Assembly (NCBI RefSeq): GCF_002505485.1
Contig: NZ_DAVG01000099.1
Location: 7,561 to 71,560, forward strand
Source: Methanosarcina sp. UBA5
GTDB taxonomy: Archaea; Halobacteriota; Methanosarcinia; Methanosarcinales; Methanosarcinaceae
Reading direction: 5' to 3'
Length of the DNA: 64,000 nt
The notes under the pieces are model-generated. The model ran no database searches and was not told the origin of the DNA. It was given only the letters and a program-made list of their open reading frames with translations. Positions 37,806 through 48,488 of the stretch are shown piece by piece (the stretch's first letter is position 1; every line of letters starts with the position of its first letter). A program made the translations under genes and the position numbers.

Positions 37806-38537
37806 TCAAACTATCCTCATAGGCCGCCTGTAAACTTCGACTGAAGAGCCTGAAGGAAGGGTCGTTTCTGGTAAACAAAGTTCCAGCACCTTTTTTGCAA
37901 CATCTTCAGGTTTGAGAACAGGCTCATCGGTATGCAGTGAACGGTACATGCTGGTATCCACGCTTGCAGGGCAAACCGCATATATCTGAACCCCGCCTCC
38001 TACTTCGTAAGCAAGAGACTCTGTAAAACCAATTACTGCAAATTTTGAAGCGCAGTATATCGAAAGCTTCGGTATGCCATGCTTTCCTGCTCCTGAAGAT
38101 ATATTTACGATTCTGCCTTCACCCCTTTTAAGCAGATGGGGAAGAGCATACTTTGCGCAGAAAAACATACCTTTCACATTTGTATCCATAATCTCATTGT
38201 ATTCTTCGGTTGAAGTCTCCACAAGATATTTCCTATATGCAATTCCTGCATTGTTTACGAGGATATCAATTCTTCCAAAAGCATTCACTGCCTTTGAAAC
38301 CATACCAATGACCTCCTCTTCTTTTCGAATGTCAGTCTTTATCGCAAGAGCCTTTCTACCTTCCCTTTCCACCAACCTGGCAGTTTCTCGAATTTCTCTT
38401 TCGGTTCTTGCGACAATTACAATATTGGCTCCTTCTCCTGCCAGTGACAGGCAGATGGCCCTGCCAATTCCTCTTCCCCCACCGGTTACAATGGCTGTCT
38501 GGCCTCTCAATCTCATAGCAGTCACTTTAACAGTCAT
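37806..38537 (-). CDS. short-chain dehydrogenase/reductase (FabG-like)
   Basis: TGGGRGIG, NNAG and the YCASK catalytic motif. Confidence 0.9.
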   Translation of the reverse strand: MTVKVTAMRLRGQTAIVTGGGRGIGRAICLSLAGEGANIVIVARTEREIRETARLVEREGRKALAIKTDIRKEEEVIGMVSKAVNAFGRIDILVNNAGIAYRKYLVETSTEEYNEIMDTNVKGMFFCAKYALPHLLKRGEGRIVNISSGAGKHGIPKLSIYCASKFAVIGFTESLAYEVGGGVQIYAVCPASVDTSMYRSLHTDEPVLKPEDVAKKVLELCLPETTLPSGSSVEVYRRPMRIV

Positions 38538-38738
38538 TTAATTAATTATCAAGCAGGATAACGATATAATTTTGGAAGCAATATTTCTGAACTGCATCAA
38601 GAGCTATCTATCTCTTAAAAGGAAAAGGGAATACTGGCAAAAGGTGCTAAGAAGACCTGGCAAAAAGATAATGTAGATATTATAAGTCTGCCAGAACTGC
38701 TCTCTAATTGCCAGAGATTACCCTTCGGGTTTCAATCA

Positions 38739-39449
38739 TTAAAGCTGAGGGATTGGAGGAACCTGTATCTCAATTATCTTACCCGATGTAACTTTTGAAT
38801 CAGGCGAGGCAAGTTCCAGCACCTTTTCCGCAATATGCTCGGGTTTGAGTGGGGGCCTGTCTGAATAGATCGACCTGTACATATCCGTATCTACAGCGCC
38901 CGGGCAGACCGAATAGACTTTTATTTCTCCTTCAAGCTCGGCTGCAACGGACTCCGTCATGCCATTTACCCCAAACTTTGAGGCACAGTATACGGAAAAA
39001 TCCGGAAGCCCATGCAATCCTCCTACTGAGGATATATTGATGATTTTTCCATTTTTGCTCTCTCTGAGATATGGAATCGCATACTTTGTGCAGAGAAAGA
39101 CTCCTTTTAAGTTGGTATCCATGATTTTTTCATACTCTTGAAGGGTGGTCTCTTCCAACCTCTTCTTGTAGGCCACTCCCGCATTGTTGATAAGAATATC
39201 AAGCCTGCCGCATTTGTCAATTGTCATTGAAACCAGGCGTCTTACATCCTCTTCACTCCGCACGTCAGCCCGGATAGCGAGGGCTTTACTGCCCATTGCT
39301 TTTAATTTATCCATTGTATCTTTTATTTCATTCTCGTTTCTTGCTGTAATGATAACATTTGCTCCCTCTTTTGCCAGAGCAAGGCAGATAGCTCTTCCTA
39401 TCCCCCTGCTCCCCCCGGTTACAAGAGCTGTTTGGCCTGCTAAACTCAT
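38739..39449 (-). CDS. short-chain dehydrogenase/reductase (FabG-like), tandem paralogue
   Basis: TGGSRGIG, NNAG and YCASK. Clearly paralogous to 37806-38537. Confidence 0.9.
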   Translation of the reverse strand: MSLAGQTALVTGGSRGIGRAICLALAKEGANVIITARNENEIKDTMDKLKAMGSKALAIRADVRSEEDVRRLVSMTIDKCGRLDILINNAGVAYKKRLEETTLQEYEKIMDTNLKGVFLCTKYAIPYLRESKNGKIINISSVGGLHGLPDFSVYCASKFGVNGMTESVAAELEGEIKVYSVCPGAVDTDMYRSIYSDRPPLKPEHIAEKVLELASPDSKVTSGKIIEIQVPPIPQL

Positions 39450-40082
39450 TGCTACCCCTTTTATCCGTTTATTTTTATCTAATTATTTTTTATTAAATAA
39501 AAGATAAAATGTAGAAAAAAGGGATATATTTTTGGAAATTAAGTTTCTGAATAAAGGTTCTTCTCGCGAGAATGAGCTTTTTGTTATTCTCAATTTCTTA
39601 GGTTGTCAGCCTTTTATTTAGAATTCTGGTGCGAATTCAGGCAGATGAATAATATTTCGTTTTGGGTTGTACCACTCTTGATGTGCGTAAAGCCTACACA
39701 CTTCGATGTACCACATGTAGGTGATGAGTAATATGTCAAAAAAGCGTGCGATGCTTGCCCTTTGGAATGGTATTGAGTAGTGTTTCTTATTCATGCGGCG
39801 TAAGAATTCTAACATCCTTAACATAGAGGTGGAGATCTTCAGGGTCTTTCTGGTACCCTGACACTGCATATCTGTTTTCCATTAATACTCACTGTATAGC
39901 TTTATTGAAACCGATGAAGCAAGCTTAATGCATGTCACATTTTGTTCGAACAGTGCATATGAGATTATGTGAAGATCTCCCCATCAGCCCTGAGAAGATG
40001 GAAGAAGCTTTGAAGTTAATCCAGATTTGACGAGTCGAGTATAAGAAGAATTTATGAATACACTGAATATATAACAATCCTC

Positions 40083-40697
40083 ATGTTTGTGTCATCTATA
40101 TCCCTTTCTGGTTGTGCAGACGTCGGAAATGGTACACTAAATAAGAATGAAATATCTATAGTGTGTATGGGTGATTCCATCACATACGGTTTTTGTGGAA
40201 ACGGAACTTCATATCCTGCAATATTGCAATCACGATTGTCTGGAGCAGTAATATACAACGCTGGTGAGTGCGGAGATCAGACTTACGAGATGCTAGCTAG
40301 GTTTGACAGAGATGTAATATCACACCATCCAAATTTTGTTATAATAATGGGCGGAATCAATGACCTTCTTCTTGGACAGCCTGAACAGTTTATTGAAGGC
40401 GATCTGGCTGCAATGTGCAAGAATTCCACACAAAATGGAATTACACCAGCACTTTGCTCAATCACGCCAATGACTTATGTTTCACAGAATTTAAAAATAA
40501 AAACAAACAACCTGAACAACTGGATTATATCATATTCAAATGCACAAGGCTATAAAGTGATAGATTTCCACTCTGTGCTGGACGATGGTCATGACAATCT
40601 GAGGCAAGAGTACGATTCTGGAGACGGGTGCCATCCAAACGCTCTTGGTTATGTTGCTATGGGAAATTCGATTGACATCAATTTGTTTAAACACTAG
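40083..40697 (+). CDS. SGNH/GDSL-family hydrolase
   Basis: Block I CMGDSITYG, block III GGINDL and block V DGCHPN. Confidence 0.78.
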   Translation: MFVSSISLSGCADVGNGTLNKNEISIVCMGDSITYGFCGNGTSYPAILQSRLSGAVIYNAGECGDQTYEMLARFDRDVISHHPNFVIIMGGINDLLLGQPEQFIEGDLAAMCKNSTQNGITPALCSITPMTYVSQNLKIKTNNLNNWIISYSNAQGYKVIDFHSVLDDGHDNLRQEYDSGDGCHPNALGYVAMGNSIDINLFKH

Positions 40698-40857
40698 AAG
40701 TAACTGGTGCCGTCAGCGGTTCGAAAAATGGAAACAGCTGCAAAAATAGTGATCACATCGTAGGACCTATTATATTAACATTTGAGGTCAATACTTTCAC
40801 ATAGCTCAGATGAACCTTTTAACCATTACTCAATATTTCCTTCTGAGGTTGGTTAAA

Positions 40858-41313
40858 ATGGACACATCAGAGAAGTATATCAGAATGTGCTCACTAACGA
40901 AGGAAATTCAGCGGAAATGGGTATCCCAATCCGGTGATTTTGTTTATAATCCTGCTTTTGAAAAAGTTGAGGTTTTACTCGATCTTGGAAACAATTCTAT
41001 TAATTATATCTGGCTACCAAGACAAGATCAACTTCAAGAAATCTGTATCGCATTTTTTATGCATAATCTGAGGATATCGAAATTCGAAGCATTCTTACGA
41101 TTTTTGGAATGGTACTCTGGACGCCTTAGATATACTTTCGAACATGGACTCAAGAATGGAAACGATTTCATAGACTCAGGAGAAGAACTTTTGTTAAACC
41201 GTGCAATGATAATGATGCACTGGAAAAAATGGGACGGAGAAAATTGGGTAAAAGCTTTAGAAGGATATAAATCATCAGGGAAAATTCCCGCAAAAAATTC
41301 TAATTACTTCTAG
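40858..41313 (+). CDS. hypothetical protein
   Basis: 151-aa ORF from an internal ATG (the ORF track starts at 40810). No family recognised. Confidence 0.4.
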   Translation: MDTSEKYIRMCSLTKEIQRKWVSQSGDFVYNPAFEKVEVLLDLGNNSINYIWLPRQDQLQEICIAFFMHNLRISKFEAFLRFLEWYSGRLRYTFEHGLKNGNDFIDSGEELLLNRAMIMMHWKKWDGENWVKALEGYKSSGKIPAKNSNYF

Positions 41314-41471
41314 GTTGGATCTAAAAAGGATTAGCGGTAGAGAACGCAGATTCAAAAAAAGATAGTAATTATCGTATTTCAAAATGTTTTCCTGTTATTA
41401 CAGTATGTCGAAAATTTTTTACCCTAGCAACGCGAAGCATTATTTGATAATCTGACATTCACGTTATACTT

Positions 41472-41732
41472 TTACTCAAGGTACTGGCGATCAATATAAC
41501 AGTACTTCCAGTCCTCACCAGGCTCGAAAGATTCGATCACGGGATGCCTAGTTTCTTCAAAGTGCTTTGTTGCGTGTTTATTTTTTGACTGGTCACAGCA
41601 GCCCACGTGTCCGCAGGTCAGGCAAATTCTCAGGTGCACCCAGCTATCTCCATTTTTCAGGCACTCTTCACATCCCTTTGAACCTTGTTCTATGTTCTTA
41701 ATTTTTATCATATTCCTGTGTGTACAGACCAT
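41472..41732 (-). CDS. UBP-type zinc-finger protein
   Basis: CEEC...WVHLRICLTCGHVGCCDQSKNKHATKHF..THP matches the Znf-UBP pattern. Confidence 0.8.
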   Translation of the reverse strand: MVCTHRNMIKIKNIEQGSKGCEECLKNGDSWVHLRICLTCGHVGCCDQSKNKHATKHFEETRHPVIESFEPGEDWKYCYIDRQYLE

Positions 41733-41801
41733 AGTGTTTCCCCCATCTCCTTTTCCTTTTTACTTTTATCTTTATAGCTTTAAAAATAAGCAGTATTGGA
41801 A

Positions 41802-42638
41802 TTATGTAACAGTAACCTTGGTAAACCTCCACCTTGCAATAAGAAACATTATTCCCGCAAAAGCCAGGAGAGCCAGGAAGGAAACAAGCATTTCTCCCTG
41901 AGTGTAAGTATAACGGAGCCCGATTGACGAGAAATCGCTTCCTATTGCAAAATACCTGATTCCGCTGACAAGGTGTGTGAGTGGGTTGACTGTGGACAGG
42001 GTCCGGAGTACTGGAGGAAAGGAATTCGCAGGATAAAGTGCATTGCTCGTGAAAAAGAAAGGCATGGTAAGCAAGGTTATTACGGCCTGCATTCCTTCCG
42101 GGCTTTCCATTGTTATTGCTATTGCGGCTGAAAGGAAAAGAAACCCGAGAGAAAATGTCCCTATAAAAAGCATGATCCCAAAGAGTGAGACCAAAATCTG
42201 TGCTGCTGTGTAGCCTTCAAAAAACTGGACTCCAAGCAGAAGCCCAAAAACCATGATCACAGTGGCCTGAATAAAGGATTTTGTCATGGCTGAAAGCCCT
42301 ATCCCTATGATTATATGGATTCGTGGCAGAGGGCTTGAGAGGGTCTCCCGCATGAGCCCCCAATTTTTGTCAAATAGCAGCACTGTCCCCCCAAAAAGAC
42401 TTGTAAAAAGCGTGGTCATGGCAATAACACCTGCACCTATAAAAGTCAGATAGCCCACAGCCCTCACCCCTGGAATAACTGGCATGGTTGCAGTCAACCT
42501 TTCAAAGTTGTTTGACATTGCTACTCCAAAAAAAGCTAGCCAGAGTGCAGGCTGGACAAGGGAAGTAAACAGGAGAGTGCGGAATCGGACAAACCTTAGC
42601 ATATCCCGCCAGTATATGGTAAGAAAGCCTTTATGCAT
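41802..42638 (-). CDS. ABC-2 type transporter permease
   Basis: 278 aa with six hydrophobic segments, 3 nt downstream of the ABC ATPase stop. Confidence 0.85.
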   Translation of the reverse strand: MHKGFLTIYWRDMLRFVRFRTLLFTSLVQPALWLAFFGVAMSNNFERLTATMPVIPGVRAVGYLTFIGAGVIAMTTLFTSLFGGTVLLFDKNWGLMRETLSSPLPRIHIIIGIGLSAMTKSFIQATVIMVFGLLLGVQFFEGYTAAQILVSLFGIMLFIGTFSLGFLFLSAAIAITMESPEGMQAVITLLTMPFFFTSNALYPANSFPPVLRTLSTVNPLTHLVSGIRYFAIGSDFSSIGLRYTYTQGEMLVSFLALLAFAGIMFLIARWRFTKVTVT

Positions 42639-42641
42639 CTC

Positions 42642-43636
42642 TTAACGCCCTCCTGATTTTACCACGACGGTTTTTTCGGTTCCGGTATCTCTGAGCTCCC
42701 TTCCGGTATAGTGAACAAAAACGTCATCCATTGAAGGCTTTTTGAGGTTTACGGCCCTGATCTTAATTCCCCCGTTCCGAAGTTTATCCATGATCTCAGG
42801 CAGCAGGTAGGTACCATCCACATTGACCATGACAATTATTCCTTTTGACTTGTCTCGAATCCCTTTTACAGTACCAAGTTTCCTCAGAATATCTGAAGCT
42901 TCCTGGTTATCGCTTGTTTCCAGATATATAACATCCTGTCCAAGTGCATTTTTTAATTCCCAGGGTTTGCCTGTGGCAATTATCTGTCCGTGATCTATAA
43001 TGCTAATATAATCGCTGAGCTGGTCGGCTTCGTCCATGTAATGAGTTGTCAGGAAAATGGTTGTGCCCTGCCGGTTGATGTCCCGCACGTAATCCCAGAT
43101 TCTTATCCTTGTCTGAGGGTCAAGCCCAATTGTAGGTTCGTCCATAAAAAGCACTTTCGGGCGGGTCATCAATCCTCTTGCAATCTCAAGCCTGCGTTTC
43201 ATTCCACCGCTCAGGTACCTTGTCAGGACATCACTCTTTGCTTCAAGCTCGACCAGACTGAGCAATTCATCCACACGCGCCTTCCTTTGAGCTTTTGGCA
43301 TTGAATAGAGCCTTCCGTGGTATTCCAGAGTCTCCCTCACGGTCATGTCCCTGTCAAGAGTCAACTCCTGAAAGACAATCCCTATCGATTCCCTCACTTT
43401 TTCAGGCTCGGTTCTCAAATCATGGCCTGCAATAGTTACTCTTCCTTTCTGCATAGGCAGGAGAGTGATAAGAATATTAATTGCAGTACTCTTCCCAGCC
43501 CCATTTGGCCCGAGAAACGAGAAAATTTCCCCTCTCCGGACTACAAAACTAATATTATCGACGGCTTTTACCTCGCCGAAAGAATACTCAAGGTCATTTA
43601 CCTCTATGATATTGTCTTCCAGAACAAGTACCCCAT
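42642..43636 (-). pseudogene. ABC transporter ATP-binding protein whose ATG is out of frame by one nt (frameshift in a G4 run, or non-canonical start)
   Basis: The frame is open from 43712 to 42642 and encodes ...EDNIIEVNDLEYSFGEVKAV...GPNGAGKST (Walker A, 43485-43511). It has no ATG/GTG/TTG before the Met at 43454. The ATG at 43634-43636 is +1 relative to this frame. Confidence 0.6.
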
Positions 43637-43848
43637 TTACCTTTTCCCTTAGAAAGATTGAACCTTCAGTGATAAATAGATTTTTTGCTGAAAGGATACT
43701 CTTTATGTATTTTCCGGAAAATTAAATTAAAAAAAGTAAGGTCAGTATTAAATTTCAATCAGTCCGAACTATTTTGAATCAATCTTGAGTACATGGACAG
43801 ATTTTTCCAATATCGTGACCGAATCTTTTGATACCGGAATATCGGATA

Positions 43849-45021
43849 TTATCTCTTGAAAGTGATATATTCCCTCAAATCCGATTTCAGAATCCTTTCA
43901 ATCTCTTCCCAGTTACTGTCTCTGGTTTCGGTAAACATGTACCCAAAGTAGCCGCGTTTTTCATGATCCGCTTTTCTAAGTTCCAGGGGCTTTTCGAAGT
44001 CCGAAAGCAATTTTTCGTAATCAAAAGCCTGTACATCATTCAAATTGAGGTCTTCTGATTTGTTCAACATAACAAGGCAGAAGCTCTTCCCCTCTTTATC
44101 TGCAAGAATTTTGTCCCATTCCGGCTCAAGCTGTTCCAAAAAATACCTGTAAGTACTAATCCCATATGCAAAATATGCAATATCAGTCCCGCACAAGCCG
44201 GCAAAGCGCATCGGGTTCAATTCAATCGGTTGGATTTTCCTGTCCTCCGCTATTCTAAGTTCTATGTGAAGGGGAAAATTTCTGAGCCCGGCCAGCTTTC
44301 CTATCTCCTTTAAAAGATCCTCAATAGCTTCCCTGTAGGTTTCTATAACCGTTTTCGAAGTAAAATACACCCTGTCACTGACATCGTTTTCCGAAGAAAA
44401 GATGTGTTTGAAAATATTGAGGACTACAGGCTTTCCCTCGCGATTGAAATAAGCATCAACCGCAAACTCGTCCCCTTCGACATTTCCCTCGATAATGAAA
44501 TTCTCCACATTCAGGACCTGCGCCGGATAGAGCTCTTTGATCTCTTCAACTTCAGCTTTTATGGACTTCAGTACCGAATCCCATTCCTCGTTGGTGGAAA
44601 CCTTATGTACACCGAGGCTGAAAAATCCCACAGCAGGCTTTATTATAAACGGTTTTTCGATTTCTTCAACCCGGATCTCGTCAAGCTCTTCAAATTTAGC
44701 ACTCTTAAAATATAATTCGGGGTAGAGCCTTTCCAGCAATTCCCTGAACTTGACTTTGTTCTTGAAAAGCTCGATTTTCTCAGGCAACCCTGTAAAGCCC
44801 AAATTTTCCGAAATCCAGCCAATAGAGTTTTCGGAATTAGAATAAAGAGAAAACTCACCCTTTTCTTTTATTACTTTGATAAACTCAGCTTCTTCAAGAA
44901 GCCTCAGCTCTTTTTCAGTCTTCAGTCCGGCTGCCATTTCATTTTTTAAAACAGGAATCTGCAATTCCGCAGCAGTATTTTTCAATAATTCGGAGACGTA
45001 GGGGTGGTCGAGAATTAACAT
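43849..45021 (-). CDS. ATP-grasp domain protein
   Basis: PFIIKPAVGFFSLGVHKV, EGDEFAVDAYF and HIELRI...IELNPMRFAG match ATP-grasp fold motifs. Confidence 0.72.
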   Translation of the reverse strand: MLILDHPYVSELLKNTAAELQIPVLKNEMAAGLKTEKELRLLEEAEFIKVIKEKGEFSLYSNSENSIGWISENLGFTGLPEKIELFKNKVKFRELLERLYPELYFKSAKFEELDEIRVEEIEKPFIIKPAVGFFSLGVHKVSTNEEWDSVLKSIKAEVEEIKELYPAQVLNVENFIIEGNVEGDEFAVDAYFNREGKPVVLNIFKHIFSSENDVSDRVYFTSKTVIETYREAIEDLLKEIGKLAGLRNFPLHIELRIAEDRKIQPIELNPMRFAGLCGTDIAYFAYGISTYRYFLEQLEPEWDKILADKEGKSFCLVMLNKSEDLNLNDVQAFDYEKLLSDFEKPLELRKADHEKRGYFGYMFTETRDSNWEEIERILKSDLREYITFKR

Positions 45022-45247
45022 TTTTCTAACCTTTCTTATTGTCTTTCAGTTTGAAGCCTGAAGCCAGATAATAAGAGAGGTTGGTAATATTTTTTGTGGA
45101 ATATATTTGAATGAGCAGTTCATATTCTTTTTATGAGCTAATCCAAAACTCAATCAACGCTGAACAGTACTAAACAACTTATTGTTTTTATAAACCAGTA
45201 GAAGAATGCCGATTATTGAAGCTCACTAGAGGGTTCATAATTTTAAA

Positions 45248-46207
45248 TTAAAACTTTTCAGGGAAAACCTCAACTATTTTCATTTTGTTACCAGACATTA
45301 TAAGTTCGACTTCTCTTGTCATCATTTTAGTAGAGTTATTCCTCCTAGGAGGTATGTAAAGTATCCCATTTTTTATTCCAGAGGCGTTTATATATGTGAA
45401 TAATTGATCCTTACCGTAATTTAGTAAAGTATCAACAGATTTTGTTGGGTTTTTTATTTCAATCAACAATGAACTTTCACCTTTTCTGACCAAGAAATCT
45501 GCATATAACCTGCGTTCTCCATCAATAACCGCGTATTCTGGAATCACTTCAATTTGCTCATCTGCAGAACTTAAGTATGCATTAAGCTTACCCATTAACT
45601 CCCTTTCAAAATACTTAGGCATTGTAGCGCCTCTCATTATTGAAGGGGAATCATTAGAAAATGTAATTAAAAGTTGACTGACCTGTTCGACTAGGCTTTT
45701 ATCTTGAGCTTGTTTTGATGGAACAATTCCTAGTTTTGACAACTCTACTTTTTCTTGATCATATGCTTTCTTCCCTATCATTTGGTCGAGAAGTATATTA
45801 AAAAAAGCACATATGTTTACTACAGCAAGGAACGCTTCTTGTTCGGAAAAGTATAATTTGTAATCATGAGTCGATTTATTCCTCCATTCTTCACGATAGT
45901 TAGTAAAAAGAGATAACACCCTTTCCTGTAGTATTGCATTTTGTTCAAGATATTGTTCTATTTTGTATGGAGTCAATTTTTCAGGTTGATTACCTGTAAG
46001 GACTCTATATGCTTCTTTCAGTGAACCTTCAAAGGCTTGGTTTGATCGATAAACAACATCCGTAAAAAGATAATCTTCTCCTTGTTTTTCTCTCTCAAAG
46101 TGACGTTCAGCTGTTTCGAGATGTAAAATAACACTCTTTAGACCTTGGGAAATCTCTGTATCTGAGAAGAAACTACATTTATCATTTATCAATTTCAATA
46201 AATCCAT
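45248..46207 (-). CDS. HEPN-like (RNxxxHxY) N-domain fused to a PD-(D/E)xK nuclease-like C-domain
   Basis: WRNKSTHDY is encoded at 45866-45883. YADFLVRKGESSLLIEIKN (D-x12-E-x-K) is encoded at 45452-45499. The gene is AT-rich. Confidence 0.6.
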   Translation of the reverse strand: MDLLKLINDKCSFFSDTEISQGLKSVILHLETAERHFEREKQGEDYLFTDVVYRSNQAFEGSLKEAYRVLTGNQPEKLTPYKIEQYLEQNAILQERVLSLFTNYREEWRNKSTHDYKLYFSEQEAFLAVVNICAFFNILLDQMIGKKAYDQEKVELSKLGIVPSKQAQDKSLVEQVSQLLITFSNDSPSIMRGATMPKYFERELMGKLNAYLSSADEQIEVIPEYAVIDGERRLYADFLVRKGESSLLIEIKNPTKSVDTLLNYGKDQLFTYINASGIKNGILYIPPRRNNSTKMMTREVELIMSGNKMKIVEVFPEKF

Positions 46208-46434
46208 GATATCATCTTTTAGCCTGACACTATTTGGTAAAAACTACCTTAAAAATTGAACTTATGCTTTAATGATATTATTTTCAAATTTTTTATATTT
46301 CTTATTATAAAGGATATAACTTTTGAATCAGTAAGATAATATAGTATTCTCAGAAGTAGCAGCATATTAAGACTGTGATTTAACTCGACGAAGTCCTTAA
46401 TTATATAGCTCATAGTATAAGTGAGAGCAATAAT

Positions 46435-46803
46435 ATGAAAATCCTTCAAACCCTCTCCCGCCTCTATATAAACGACCTTAACTCAGCCCTTCAATTCTAC
46501 GGAGAACTCTTAGGCTCCCCCGCAGCCATGCGCTTTGCAATCCCACCAATCGGCCTGGAACTGGCTCAAATAAGATCTATTTTGCTCATAGCCGGCTCGG
46601 ATGAAGCTCTGAAACCCTTCAGAAGCACGCAAGCTACGTTTCTTGTAGATTCTCTCGATGAATTCAAGGCTTATCTGGAAGAAAAAGGTGCAGAAATTCT
46701 CCGGGGTCCGGATAAGGTCCCAACAGGCAGGAATATGACAGTAAAGCATCTCGACGGCTCGGTAATAGAATACGTGGAACATTCAAACTGGCCTGAAAAA
46801 TAA
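46435..46803 (+). CDS. VOC (glyoxalase/bleomycin-resistance) family protein
   Basis: 122 aa with a typical betaalphabetabetabeta module (LYINDLNSALQFY...GRNMTVKHLDGSVIEYVEH). Confidence 0.7.
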   Translation: MKILQTLSRLYINDLNSALQFYGELLGSPAAMRFAIPPIGLELAQIRSILLIAGSDEALKPFRSTQATFLVDSLDEFKAYLEEKGAEILRGPDKVPTGRNMTVKHLDGSVIEYVEHSNWPEK

Positions 46804-47029
46804 AAAACAAGCTATGAATTCAAAAATCCTGCTCCAGAGTCAATATTTTAATTTTCTTCACTCGGGCAGGAAAGGTTTTAAACTTATAAATTAACGGAAT
46901 CTACAACTCATAATCAGGGTTTTATAAATTTGATGGGATCGCCACCAAACTTTACTATCACTGATAATATCACTGATAATGTTACTGTCATTGATTCAGT
47001 AATCCAGGAGTTTTCAAGAGGGGGTAATC

Positions 47030-48055
47030 ATGGTAAGCACTAGCTTTACGCGGGATGTTCAGTTTCCACCTTTGCCACTTGAAGAATGGGAAGATACGAA
47101 GAATACGCTGCATCTATTCCTGCAAATCGTGGGAAAGGTCAAGCTTGCGCTGTTTCCAAAAATGAACCACTGGTGGCATGCGCCTTTTTATGTTTCCGTG
47201 CGTGGGCTCACGACTGGACCTATTCCTTACGAGGACATGACTTTTGAGATGGAATTTAATTTCCGGGACAAGGAACATGTTTTAAGAATAGAAACGAGTG
47301 AAGGGGACTTAAAAACCGTGTCTTTAAAAGGGCTTTCGGTTGCCGTATTTTATGACAAGGTATTTTCAAGTTTGAGCGAGCTCGGGATCATGGTAGGCAT
47401 CAAGCCGGTGCCATATGATATGCCTGGAGTGAGTACCGAACCTTTTCCGTCCGATTATCAGCACACTGCCTATGACGAAGAATATGTGAACCGGTTCTGG
47501 AAAATCCTTGTGCAGGTCTCTTCCATTTTTCAGGTTTTCAGGGGCTGGTTTACAGGGAAAAGTTCGCCTGTGCACTTTTTCTGGCATCACGCCGACCTTG
47601 CCCTTACTCTGTTTTCAGGCAGGCTTGCTCCGGTAAGAGAAGGGGCAAACCCTGTAGAACTTGAGGCTTCCTCGCATGAAATGATTAGCTTCGGGTTCTG
47701 GGCTGGAGACCAGAACATAAGGGAACCGGCTTTTTATGCGTATATGCACCCCCAGCCTGCGGGTTTCATGAATGAGCCGCTAAGCCCGAAAGAAGCTTTC
47801 TGGAGTCACCAGGCCGGGCTTGCGCTTCTAAGGTATGAAGATGTCCGAAATGCAGCAGATTCGCCGGAAAAAGCGGTTCTGGACTTTCTTGAAAGCGTGT
47901 ATCAGGCAGGAGCAAAAAGGGCAAACTGGGATAGTGAGGCTCTCAGGCTTCCGTCATCCGAAAAGCAACTTAAGGAGCAATCAAAGGAAAAAGCTCAAAA
48001 GCAGCACAAAGAGCAGGCGGATATTTTGGAAAAGCTGGAAAGGCCGGATATCTGA
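47030..48055 (+). CDS. DUF5996-like conserved hypothetical protein
   Basis: FPPLPLEEWEDTKNTLHLFLQIVGKVKLALFPKMNHWWHAPFYVSVRGLTTGPIP resembles DUF5996 as I recall it. Confidence 0.6.
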   Translation: MVSTSFTRDVQFPPLPLEEWEDTKNTLHLFLQIVGKVKLALFPKMNHWWHAPFYVSVRGLTTGPIPYEDMTFEMEFNFRDKEHVLRIETSEGDLKTVSLKGLSVAVFYDKVFSSLSELGIMVGIKPVPYDMPGVSTEPFPSDYQHTAYDEEYVNRFWKILVQVSSIFQVFRGWFTGKSSPVHFFWHHADLALTLFSGRLAPVREGANPVELEASSHEMISFGFWAGDQNIREPAFYAYMHPQPAGFMNEPLSPKEAFWSHQAGLALLRYEDVRNAADSPEKAVLDFLESVYQAGAKRANWDSEALRLPSSEKQLKEQSKEKAQKQHKEQADILEKLERPDI

Positions 48056-48488
48056 ATTTAAAATTAGAAGATTGAGGGGTGCTTTTGCCCGTTTTTTCCT
48101 TCGTGTTTTCTTTAATTTTCCTTTTTCACTCTATATTGAATTTTTAAGAGATTTTTTATTTCATTATAGTCGTTTTTCAACTGGAAACCATGTTTAATCA
48201 GTATAAACCATAAAAAACCTGTATTTAAAGCCTGTATCATAAAAAAGTGATTTTTAATCTCTATATGTGTATTAAATGAGTTAAATATAGTTTAATTCAT
48301 GATTAAAGCTTTAGAAAAACTTATTTTACTAATATAACAGTTTTCAAACTAGGTTTATTATAAGTATATTTATATTTAATCCAGCTAATATTAAAATTAT
48401 CAATTAACAGGTACCTGCAAAACAGTTAAGTAATTCTTTCCAAAGCCGAGAGGTCAAGTAGAAGTTGCAGGTGCATGAAGATCTTAAG

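Noticed and set aside
39618-39869. 83-aa minus-strand ORF, possible transposase C-terminal remnant
   Set aside because: The only support is a vague W.IE resemblance. No terminal repeats or second fragment were found, so it is left unannotated.
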